A stretch of DNA of 64,000 bases from Octopus vulgaris (lineage: Eukaryota). The notes under the pieces were generated by a model. That model had not been told where the DNA came from and did not search any database. It saw nothing but the letters and a program-made list of their open reading frames with translations. Position 1 is the first letter of the stretch. Every line of letters starts with the position of its first letter. Below, in pieces: positions 11,788 to 23,555 of the stretch. The translations under genes and the position numbers were made by a program. The stretch is from positions 178,808,001 to 178,872,000 of the forward strand of contig OX597816.1 of assembly GCA_951406725.2 (NCBI GenBank). Direction: 5' to 3'.

Positions 11788-12395
11788 TTTTTGCTAGAAA
11801 AAACTTACGATATTAATGTGATATTTGTATTACTATCGATTTCAAATTTTGGTACAAGGCCAGCAATTTCAGGGAAGCAGGTAAGTCGATTACATTGACC
11901 TCAGTGCTCAACTGGCATTTATTTCCTTGACTCCTGCAAGGATGCAAAGCAAAGTCAACCTCAGCAGAATTTGAACTCAGAACATAAAGAAGGACAAAAC
12001 GCTGCCAAGCACTTTGCCTGCCATGCTAAGGATTCTGCCAGTTAGCTGCTTTTATCAAGAATAATATTGATTTCGAATTTTGGCACAAGACAGCAAATTT
12101 CAGGGGAGGAGGTAAGTATTTTACATCGACCCCAGTGCGCATCAGATACTTATTTTATCGATTCTACAAGGATGAAATGCTAAGTCAACCTCGACATAAA
12201 GACACAAGAAATGTCAGCTCGCCACCTTTATTCATTGACATGATGTTCATACATAGAGGCTTCTGTGTAGATATACATCTGCAAGTCTCTATGTTTATAT
12301 CTGTTTATATTTACACACACACACACAAATTTGTAGTACTTATGCATGAAACTATGTGTGTACATATATTTATCTCTATTCACACATACATACAT

Positions 12396-12661
12396 GTTAG
12401 TTAGTTAGTTAGTTAATTTGGCTCAAAAGCAAATAGCAAGGCCATGTAGGGGGACATGGAGTTAAGTACAGGGTGGTGTTCATGTAAAGAGTTCAGGCCA
12501 CTTGAGGTCAAGGGAGGCTTTGAACAAAGCGATCGTCGGCATCTTCACCATCTCGTCTGGCCGCCTTTTGTACCACGGATCCGCAACCCGGACGGAGAAA
12601 GCTCCTCTCCTTCGATTGAGATGAAATCGTCGCAGGTAGAGCTTTTCGGAATGACCCCGGA
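12396..12661 (-). mobile_element. CR1 LINE 3' end with (CTAA)n tail
   Basis: RGHSEKLYLRRFHLNRRRGAFSVRVADPW...FKASLD is the CR1 ORF2 C-terminal motif. Confidence 0.85.
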
Positions 12662-13301
12662 ATGACATACAAGCATATGAGCATATATTTGCCAATGAAG
12701 TGCTTTTCAAGAGTATTTAGAAGACACAAAATCATATTAAACCCTTTTCCCTGTTTCTCTTACACACAATATTTATCTACACTTTCAATTCTTGATTCTA
12801 CTGGACTGGCCACGTCCTCTGCTGACAAACAAAGCAGCTCGACTTATAGCTTATTGCTTCCAATGTTTTCTCTCAATTTCTTTTATTGCTTTCATTGCAA
12901 TTCGAAATCACTTTTTTAACACATTACATTTCTGCATCTATTTATGTACAACCTGTATGCTTATTATTATTATCTTCATTCACGCTGAATGATGATGAAA
13001 TTTGTTTGTTTTTAGTTTAATTAATCCCATTATGCATGTGAATATGGCAGATGTGTGTGTGTGTGTTAGCATTTATTCATGTTTATACATGTGTATATTT
13101 ATACATGGTTATGAAAATTTATGCATACAGGCATATATATGTGTAAACATATGAATATACATTTGTTTATACATGTGTGTGTGTGTGTGTGTGTATGTGT
13201 GCTTGTGAGTACATATTCATTTGTATGTGTTTATTGTGCATGGGCACTTTTCCATTATACTTATATGAGTGCATGAAAAAGTATTTCCTTATATAATTAT
13301 A

Positions 13302-13817
13302 CTAGCAGTATCGCCCGGCGTTGCTCGGGTTTGTAAGGGAAATAACTATATAAGCATTTTTAGAGAGTTACTTCCCTTATAGATGCCAATTCGGGCTTTC
13401 TTAGCCATTTCTGTTTTGGTGTCTTCAAGCCATGAAGTCGTTGTTCTAAAAGAACGCTGGTCTCCTTGACAACGCATTACGACGTTGATTTCCTCACACT
13501 CCCTTCCCCACAGCTTCACGAGGGAGGGAAGAAGGGGGAGAAGCAACACAGGTGCAGGTGTTTGACCATGGACGCCAACTCCGCCGCCATCGACACACGA
13601 AAAATTATGCATTAAAATGGAATAAAAAATGATGTTAAATTATTTTTAAAATCGTAGACTCATCGTTGACGCGCGCTAATACCCAGACGGGCTCGATATG
13701 AATTACGACTATAAGATACCCGAATTTGGTTAAACTGCACCGCAAAATGTGGGAGTAGTTAGGAATCTAAATCGAAGGGGACAGACACTCACACAACAAG
13801 AGTTTTATATATATAGA
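13302..13817 (-). mobile_element. Non-autonomous Helitron
   Basis: Minus strand starts TC(TATATA), ends with hairpin CCCGAGCAACGCCGGG followed by CTAG, inserted between A and T. Confidence 0.85.
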
Positions 13818-13823
13818 TATATA

Positions 13824-14045
13824 TAAGCTTAAAGTTTATGGCAATCACTGAGCAATTTGACAAAAATGGGGAAGATGATTCGCTGGTGTAAAGGTAACAC
13901 ATTTAGTCGCGTTAACAAAGGGATATGGGTTCGACTCCCACGCAGCTAGGAAAGCCTTCTTTTTTCTGTTGAGGGCTTATATGCCCCTTTTATTAGACTA
14001 TTTTCCTTAGTCATTGCACGGTGATCGCCATAAGCTTTAAGCTTA
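13824..14045. mobile_element. MITE with ~38 bp TIRs enclosing a tRNA-like cassette
   Basis: TAAGCTTAAAGTTTATGGCAATCACTGAGCAAT and ATTGCACGGTGATCGCCATAAGCTTTAAGCTTA; TA-rich flanks. Confidence 0.75.
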
Positions 14046-14125
14046 TATAAAAACACCATTATTATTATTTACAGGATTGTAAACATGGCACCATATAAAA
14101 AAACCATTCGCACTGAAAGCATATA

Positions 14126-14161
<36 letters not shown>

Positions 14162-14289
14162 TGTATGTATGTATATATATAGAGAGAGAGAAATGTATAT
14201 TATAATAAAAAGAAAAAGAAAAATAATATGTATAAAAGTAATAATAGAAGAACACACCGTAAAAATATGGAATTCAAGATGATAAAAAA

Positions 14290-16200
14290 ACAGGAAAAAT
14301 ATAAATGGTATAAAGTATATAGATAGGTTGAGATTAACAGGGAAGGATTTAAAATTAAAAGAAAATCATATAGGAGACAATACTTTAAATAATATAGAAG
14401 ATAATAACAAGACTTGTGTAAATAAAGATAAGCGGATTAATAATAATATAAGCATAAAGAAAAATAATAATAAAATAATATGGTTGATTGTCCCATATGG
14501 TACTCAAGTTAAAAGTAATGTTATTAAAGATATCACTAATACAATAGAATCATTTATTATGGAAAATAAGAAATATATCGAAATATTCTCTAAAAATAAT
14601 ATAGGAGTGGGGTATTCAACTACTAACAAAGTATGGAATATCATTTCATCAATAAATAAGTATAGGCTGAATAAATATTACTATGATAATTTAAATAAGC
14701 ATATGAATAGAAGTGATAGAGACCGTAATACTTGTAACTGCAGAGATAAAAACCAATGCAAATTTAATGGAAGATGTAATGTTAGTGATGTAGTATATAA
14801 ATGTGTGGTTTTGGTAAAAGTAGATGAGAATGAAAATAGTGGAATAAATAATATGGATATTGAAAAATATCCAGATAGAACGTATATAGGTTTGACAGCG
14901 AATAGCACAGCACTTGAATTCATGTAAAAATTAAGAAACTTAGGAATTCTACAGAACTAAGTAAATACATTTGGAGTTTAAAAACGAAAAAAATTAATTA
15001 GGAATTAAAGTGGGAGATAATATGTAAAGCTAAATCTTATAGGTCATATCTGTTATGTACCCATGAATTCATGGAGTTATTATGGGATAAAATGGGGCTT
15101 CTTAATGCATAGAATGAACGAAAAATTAAACTGAAAAATTAGACTGAAATGCCTAATTAATAACGCCTAACCCTAAATTTTAGTGAAAGTATTATTAATA
15201 CTATTATTATTTAATATGAATGTAACAACTTACCATTAGATGTGGGGATGAATAGTAGTGGGTGATTAAAGGGCGGAATAATACGGAATAATATGAAATT
15301 AAAAAAGTAATGTTCCCATGATGCATTTTTGTAGTTTCGTGGACCATGTTTACTATTTAGATAATACGTTGATTAAATAATGGTTTAAAAGAAGCAGTAA
15401 GGAGGGGTGCGAGTACTTTGCTGGACTTTGCAATGTCAAGCCATAATTAAGACGTTGTAGGATGATGGAGCCATTGGTGAATTGTATATTTTCCTTTACG
15501 TTACCATCAAGTTATTTTTATTTTATTTTATTTTATTTTGTAAATTTTTAAAAGTTATCACTTGTAAATTTTGCAGTTCACAATTAGTACTATAGTTCAC
15601 AATTAGTAGTATAGCTTTTATTCAAAAATCTTCATTCGTCATTGCCTCCATGTTTATTAGTATATATTTTTATTCATATTTATTTTTATTCGCATATATT
15701 TTTCTTGCCATTCCTTTTATTTTTATTCGTATATATTTTTTTGCCATTCCTTTCATTTTATATCATTTTATATTATCACAAGTATATATTTTATTTTTAA
15801 CCCTATATATTACTAACATAGTTTTTGTAAATTTTTCGTATTTTTTCGCATTTTTATTTCTTATTTTATTTTTGTAATTTGTTGTTTATTTTTATAATTT
15901 TTTATTTTAACTTTTATCTGAATTATTGCTTGTACTGTAGGGTCCAGCGAACCTAATTTACACGTACCTATTTCACACATACTTAAGGGTTTAAAAAAAT
16001 TAAAATATAGTTTATAGTATTTAACAATGATAAAGTGATATAAGGGCCTGATGATTGGGGTTACATTTTAAGAAGGGTTCCAGCAAAATATGGAGTGGTT
16101 TAGGAACTGGGAAATGTACCTCATGAAAAATGTGTAGCCAAGTTATAAAAGTGTAGGTATTAAAATAAAAATTCTTTTTTTCATATGGTGAGATGAAGGG
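14290..16200 (+). mobile_element. Penelope-like element: GIY-YIG endonuclease region plus 3' terminal repeat
   Basis: CNCRDKNQCKFNGRCNVSDVVYKC...YIGLTAN, then STELSKYIWSLK...KWEII; hammerhead motif at 16045-16139. Confidence 0.8.
16045..16139 (+). ncRNA. Type I hammerhead ribozyme motif with long stem II
   Basis: GGC-CTGATGA-TTGGGGTTACATTT...AAATGTACCTCAT-GAAA-AATGTG-TA-GCC. Confidence 0.6.
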
Positions 16201-16224
16201 GCCTACTATCTCTAAATGAAAATA

Positions 16225-16255
<31 letters not shown>

Positions 16256-16289
16256 GTAAATATATTACCAAAATGTGCAGTAATATATA

Positions 16290-17240
16290 TATAGCCATTA
16301 CAGCTGATCTTACCAATCAGTTTCGCACTCAGAATACAACTAATACATTTATATCAGAGTTAGCCAATATGGAAAAGAATATGGAGACTGCTTTCTATTG
16401 TCAGGGGTGAATGGACACATCTGGTTTGTGGTTGCTGTGGAAAAAAGTGCTACTGAGAACAACATAAAGTGGAAGATCCCGAAGAAATGTAAGCCATTCT
16501 TCAATGGTAGCAGGAAGTGCAGGTTATACCTGGCTGAGAAGAGAGTGATTTTAAAGGGTACCCAGTGCCTTTATATTTACCTGAATAGCAGAAGTGAAGT
16601 GCTTAATCTTGCCCACATGAAAAGAAGTACATCCTGTCATACCTGCATGCCCCATAACTACAGCCACCAGGCCCCCAACCTCTGCCTTCTACCAGTACCC
16701 TTGAGCCTAGCAAAGAGTTTGACCAGAGCATACACCTCGTACATACCTGCATGCCCCAACAAGGTGGACATCTATTAAATATACTGTCTTCCATCCCCCT
16801 ATACAGACATTGTACCCCTACACACACCACACACTAACATAAAGCCCCCACAACCTTAACAACTACAGAAAGAAAACAGACTAACAAACACAATTATATA
16901 TGCCTACACTCCTGGGAAAAAATTATACATATGACACCTCTACCCATATCGCATATCCCGTCCCCACAGGAGCACCACACTTAATAGCAGACACTCTTCC
17001 ACTCTTACTAGCTCTACAGAGAATCCAGTGAAGGGACATGACCCCTAACCTAATCCCTGCTCATTTTTGTTTCACCATCTTTTTCACAGCAACCACAAAT
17101 GGGATGTGTCTATTCATCTCCAACAATAGAGAGCGGTCGCCATATTCCTTTCTGTATCGGCTAACTCTGATGAGCGTAAGGTTATTATAATCAATTCCCA
17201 GTGCAAAACCAATTGGTAAGATCAGCCACGATGGATATAT
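16290..17240 (+). mobile_element. 5'-truncated Penelope-like element with an inverted terminal-repeat segment
   Basis: IKWKIPKKCKPFFNGSRKCRLYLAEKRVIL...LNSRSE (GIY-YIG C-terminus); 16300-16445 is an inverted diverged copy of 17080-17227. Confidence 0.7.
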
Positions 17241-17620
17241 AATACTGTATATTTCATATATATATTGTTTCATTTTTGTATCTAGTTTGCAAGATGCTTT
17301 ATGTGAATTTGTGTGTTGAAACAAATTTTGTTGTGTCTAGGGAGGGTCATCATACCAAAATAATTAACACACACACTGGTTCGATTTCACTCATTATTAA
17401 ATATCCGTTTTTTATGGCAAAGCTCTTTTGTTGCTTTCTGCAATCTCCTCAGTGACTAACTTGATAAACTGAAAGAAAACGAAGCAAGAGAATAGATAGC
17501 AGTTGTCTCATAATTAAGTTATACAGCTGGCATTATATACCCATTCACACATATTTAAAATATATATATAAACATATATATATAAATATATATAAAATAT
17601 TTATATAAATATATATACAC

Positions 17621-18011
17621 CAGGAGTGGCTGTGTGGTAAGTAGCTTGCTAACCAACCACATGGTTGCGGGTTCAGTCCCACTGCGTGGCATCTTGGGCA
17701 AGTGTCTTCTGCTATAGCCCCGGGCTGACCAATGCCTTGTGAGTGGATTTGGTAGACGGAAACTGAAAGAAGCCTGTCGTATATATGTATATATATATGT
17801 GTGTGTGTGTTTGTGTTTGTCCCCCTAGCATTGCTTGACAACCGATGCTGGTGTGTTTACGTCCCCGTCACTTAGCAGTTCGGCAAAAGAGACCGATAGA
17901 ATAAGTATTGGGCTTACAAAGAATAAGTCCCGGGATCGATTTGCTCGACTAAAGGCGGTGCTCCAGCATAGCCACAGTCAAATGACTGAAACAAGTAAAA
18001 GAGTAAAAGAG
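17621..18011 (+). mobile_element. tRNA-derived SINE (family A, octopus OK/OR-type)
   Basis: A box TGGCTGTGTGG, B box GGTTCAGTCCC, internal (TA)/(TG) tract, AAAAGAG tail; many copies in the window. Confidence 0.85.
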
Positions 18012-18232
18012 TATATATAAATGTGTTACAATTTAATTAACAAACTAATCTTCATACGCATCATAGTAGGTTAAAACATTAATTCTACTACAGATAGTAA
18101 CCAGTCTCACAATTTCACAGGCAATATATGTATATGACAGGTTACTATATTTGATTTTCTTTAAGGAGGCAATGACTGAAGATCAACACAAATTTAGGCA
18201 AAGAAACAATTAAAATAAGATCATTTTTGTTT

Positions 18233-18462
18233 TTAACCCTTTCGTTACCAACCCGGCTGAAACCGGCTCTGGCTCTGTAGTACAAATGTCTTGTTTTCAT
18301 AAATTTTGCATTAAAATCTCCCACCAAACCTTAGTCACAATTTATGTTCCTAACACTAGCTGAATGATAATGAAGTTATTTTACTAAATTCTTTGTTATA
18401 TTTAAAATTAATTGAAAGAAACACAGAGCATCTCAAAATAAATACAGTAACGAAAGGGTTAA
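18233..18462. mobile_element. piggyBac-like MITE
   Basis: TTAA-CCCTTTCGTTAC...GTAACGAAAGGG-TTAA; second copy at 43133-43354. Confidence 0.85.
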
Positions 18463-18859
18463 TCAAAAATACTAATCAGAAAAATACAAAATGGGTTTGC
18501 CATAAAAATTTGCTTTCTAAAAATAGATTAACTTTCGAAAGAAATTTGGCGGACCATCCTGTAATATTTAAATAAACAAACCATTTGGTAAATAAAGAAA
18601 TTAAGATGAATAAATAAACAAATAAGCATAATAAAAAATTTAAGAAGAATAAAGATTGGAAGAAGGAAAATATGGTTTAGAAATCAAATAGAAATCTAAT
18701 ACATAAACACATCATATGAATATTCATACACATTCATACATGTACATTCACATATATGCACTCACACACACACACATTACTTTCTCTGGGTACTTCCTGG
18801 CAATGCAATGCATTCACACTCAGAAAGTAGATAAAGTACTAAAACAAAAGCAGAGAGTG

Positions 18860-19558
18860 AGGCGCAGGAGTGGCTTTGTGGTAAGTAGCTTGCTTACCAA
18901 CCACATGGTTCCGGATAGTGTCATTAAAGATACAATAGTATTGGTGATGGGGGAAGTATTTCTAGGAACAGAGAAGGAAATTTTTAAACTGTAGGGAAGC
19001 ATGTATCAACAAGTTACTCCTTTTTTGGTTTCCTCTACTTCTAGTCCTATCCTTCTTAGAATGGTATTGTGATATTTCAGAAAAGTCTCATGGTATTAGT
19101 GTGAATGGTTTTTGAACTTTTGATTTTTTGCTGAAATATTGGATGAAATAATTTTAATTAATTGTTCTTGAGGGATACAGTGAGAGAGAGAGAGAGAGAG
19201 AGAAATAAGTAGTGTTGTCACCTTAGTAACTAAAAAGTTTTGATTATAAATGCAGGAATTTTAAGTGCAAGCCTGTCAACACAATGCAACAAAGACTTTA
19301 AAAAGACTATATTCTTTCTTCTTTTATTCTTTTACATGTTTCAGTTGTGGCCATGCACCGCCAGTATCAGGAGCACCACCATGCATACATATATAATACA
19401 TATAGTTATTTCTGTTGTTGTTGTTTGTGTGTGTGTGTGTGTTTTTCAACATATAGACAATGCAACGCAGACTTGGGCAAGTGTCTTCTGCTATAGCCTC
19501 GGGCCGACCAATGCCTTGTGAGTGGGTTTGGTAGATGGAAACTGAAAGAAGCCTGTCG

Positions 19559-19591
<33 letters not shown>

Positions 19592-19812
19592 ATATGTTTG
19601 TGTGTTTGTGTTTGTCCCCCCCAACATCGCTTGACAACCGATGCTGTTGTGTTTACGTCCCCGTCACTTAGCGGTTCGGCAAAAAGAGACCGATAGAATA
19701 AGTACTGGGCTTACAAAGAATAAGTCCCAGGGTCGATTTTGCTCGACTAAAGGTGGTGCTCCAGCATGGCCGCAGTCACATGACTGAAACAAGTAAAAGA
19801 GTAAAAGAGTGA
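18860..19812 (+). mobile_element. SINE family A split by a 560 bp templated insertion
   Basis: SINE head ends at ~18913 and the body resumes at ~19472. Confidence 0.8.
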
Positions 19813-21818
19813 AAGAGAGAGGGAGAGAGAGATTTAATTCTTCAGAGATTGTAAATAATGAATAAACTAGTGAGATAGAGAATAGCAACTGTGTTCAACA
19901 CCTAAGGATCGTTCCTCTATCATTTATTCCCAAACTAGTAGCAGTTCACTTTCCAGGGGAGGAATTTCGAGTCTAGGAGGGAGAATTTTAGCCAAGTGAA
20001 AGAAATTATTGTCTCCTAAAAAAACAAAAAGCAATAAGATCATCCTGCTGGCAGCACAATCATGAGAGATAAGAATAAACCAGAAAAAAAGACTGTATTT
20101 TGCCCCACTTGTTCAAATATTCTTGATGCATGACTAAGCCATATGAAATGGGAAGGTGAATAAGATCCTCCTAATTGAATCGATGGTCTCTTGGAGAGAT
20201 GGATGAAAGAAAGCCTTGTAGAGGGAAGCCACCAAGTACTAGAAGCTTGGCCAGTTCCTGTTGAACTTGGTGACAAGATTTTCCCGGCATAGTCTGTATA
20301 AAAGATTTCTGCCTAGGAATTAGTGGGAAGGTAGATTGAAGAATACAGCTGCTTGCAGGTCTGAGAAGACAGTGGAAAGAGATTCTTGTGTCTAAAACAG
20401 CCAGAAAGAATTGAGCTGGAAAACAAGATAAGTATGCTGCAATGTGTCATTTTTGCCTAAGATGCCAGCTGTGGAATTGAACTCAGGACCTTGTGGTTGA
20501 AAAGCCAAGCTGTGCCAATGTACACATTTATGCACACATAACAGTTCGAATGAGCATAAAAGTTAAACTTTACAAAGAATTTCATCCAACTTCCATATTT
20601 TCCTTTGGTATTATATATATTGGAGCAGAGTACAGAGAATAAATCCAAAGAAAATAAAAAGAATTTATTATAATATAAATTACTCAGACTTTACACATAA
20701 TACACTCGCGTATATTAACATGCTATACAGTAATCGTTACATAGAGTTTATAATACCAGATAGTCAGGAGAAAATAGTGATTTAATCCATTGTTAGTTTC
20801 CAACGTCAGTTGGTAGACAGAGCCAATCCAAAAACTGCTTGTTTTTATTCTTTTATTTGTTTCAGTCATTTGACTGTGGCCATGCTGGAGCACCACCTTT
20901 AGTCAAACAAATCGACTCCAGGACTTATTCTTTGTAAGCCTAGTACTTATTTAAGTTAACGGTGATAAATAGTGAAAAAAATCAGTGGTAGAAAAGGGTT
21001 ATACACAGATATGTATTCACACATATGAGGGAGTGCAAGTCAAACTACTCACTCACATGAACATAGACCCAGTCTATTTCTATCACTGTTTCATTGACCA
21101 CAAACCATACTAATATATACTAGTGAAACACATATCAAAATTATCTAATTTCTGATATAATAAAAATTTCCGACTGAATTTCCAGTTTTATTCTGCTCTT
21201 GCATGCATACATGCATGCATGCATACATACATACATACATACATACATACATACATACATACATACATACATACATACATACCTTCATACATACATACAC
21301 ACATACATACATACATACATACAAACAAAAATACCCTGATATTGATGCTGAAATTCCAATGAAGGAGCCTTGGATCTAGGTTAGAAACCGGTTCTTTCTC
21401 TATTGGCAAGAAATCTTGAAATAAACTGAAGAACGATCTACATACACAAACAAGCATTCCTCACTTAAAATTGTTTAGTTTAATGGCATTACAAGGTGAA
21501 AAAGAAAAGAGAAATCATAAAGTGCAAACCTCTCTTATCGAGTTGTAGTCTCTTCTTTTTTAATTTAGTACAATAAAGCCAAACTAAATCGACAATGAAG
21601 AAAGATACTAATCATTCAATACTCATTTTCATATATATATATTTGTGTGTGTGCATGTGTGCATGTATATATATAGATGTGTGTGTGTATGTGTATATAT
21701 ATATATGTGTGTGTGCATGTATGTATATATATATAAGCGTTGATGCTTCCTAGGGCTAAATAGCGGTGGTGTAGTTTCCTTTACAGAACTGTCACGTTAT
21801 GTTCACAGTATACAACTA

Positions 21819-21868
<50 letters not shown>

Positions 21869-21989
21869 ATGTATATATGTCTGTGTGTGTATGTATGTAT
21901 ATGTATGAATTTAAAAATATTTTGTTCACAAGAACTCAGCTTTGTCACACATGAAAATTAATATACTGATAGCAGACTTAGTTAGAATA

Positions 21990-22745
21990 ATGAACAATGT
22001 GTCCCCCACTATGCGAACCCTATGAAATGAAGAAACATATACAGATCTTCATGCTCTGCATGCAGTTCTCCCGATATATGATCAGAAAGATAGGGTTTGA
22101 GTATACAGAGGGGGTCTAGAAAGAAATTAGACAACATTATATGTAATGATACTAGTGGTGCCTGCCCTAGATATAGAAACAAAGGACTTGTGACAAAGCA
22201 AACAGGGCGAACATGTGGTATAAAACCGACAAATATCAAGGAGTGATGTTTGTAGAGGCCACAGGCCATGGAGAACTAGCCTGTAGGTTTAGAAAAGCTC
22301 TGAAGGAAACCAAACTCAACATTAAGATTGTTGAAAAGCCAGGGAACTCCATCAGATCACAGCTATGTAGAACATACCCCTTTGAGAATACCATATGCAC
22401 CAATGATAACTGCATGGTATGTAGGATTAGCCCTGATATCAACTGTAGAACTCAAAATGTAGTTTACAGCATAAGATGCATAGAAGATGCTTGTAAGGAC
22501 ATGAACATGACGTACATAGGAGAGACATCTAGGAGCATTGCAGAATGAATAAATGAACATCTGAGACATATGACGACAGAAAACAATCCTCGTTATTCTA
22601 CCAACATGCCAAAGACCACCATGGAGGCAACTTGGGTCAACTTGACATCCGCATCTTATCCAAGCACCCAAAAGTCCCAACAGTCTGACAAATACAGGAT
22701 TACGTCCTTATAAATGAAACCTCCCCAATACTAAATAGGAAATAT
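21990..22745 (+). mobile_element. Penelope-like element, GIY-YIG region
   Basis: GVMFVEAT..GELA...KIVEKPG...C..C..C...CRTQNVVYSIRC...YIGETSRSIAE*INEH. Confidence 0.85.
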
Positions 22746-22819
22746 ACACAGTAAATACCATACCTCCATACCCACAGTTTACACAGGTAGAGTAGAATAG
22801 TTAGTGGACTGTTAGGTAG

Positions 22820-23300
22820 ATAAGTATATGTATGTGTGTGGGGTATATATGTGTATATGCACATGTATGTAAGCATATGGATATGAAAATAAACAGATCA
22901 ACATAAAGACGGATAAAGGTTATATGAACAGACAAGCACACATACGCAAATGGAGACTGAAACACATGACCATATATACACACACACTTTACTTCACACA
23001 ATGACACATATGGATGCACATTCACACATACAAACATGGTACATAGTTGCAAAACACACACACACACAGACATGCACACACAAGGAGACAGAGGTGCATA
23101 CATATACAAACACACGCTCACACACAAATATGGACATGCAAGCACATAAATATGCAGACTACATACATACAGATGCATACACACACATATATACATACAC
23201 ACACATATATACATACACACACATATATACATACATACATACATACATACATACCTGCATGCATGCATAGACACACACACACGCTAACCCACACACATGT
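22820..23300. repeat. Degenerate (CA/TA)n low-complexity tract
   Basis: Directly visible; source of the His/Thr- and Cys/Val-rich ORFs. Confidence 0.85.
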
Positions 23301-23555
23301 GCACAAAGAAAAGGGAACGCAGTGTAAATAATGGACAGAGTCAAAACTATTGAAAAGGTTGCAAGACGCAACGAAAATCTTAGGAAAATAAAAATAAGAA
23401 AAAAGTGGAAATTTTACCAGTGAGTGCGTTATATTATAAGGCACAAAAAGAAAATGACTCTCCCCAGACACAACAGAATATGCTTCAACACACGAACTCA
23501 TATAAAGAATCTTGCAAACCGAATCCAAAACTGAAATATATATATATATATATAT

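Noticed and set aside
17412-17468. Possible minus-strand terminal exon FIKLVTEEIAESNKRALP* behind a good acceptor
   Set aside because: No partner exons or homology recognised, and it runs into repeat sequence; unsupported without RNA data.
17545-17841. Recurrent ORF MSSNARGTN... (also at 34272 and 46893)
   Set aside because: Antisense reading of SINE family A copies, not a gene family.
22801-23528. Overlapping His/Thr- and Cys/Val-rich ORFs
   Set aside because: Degenerate CA/TA microsatellite translations.
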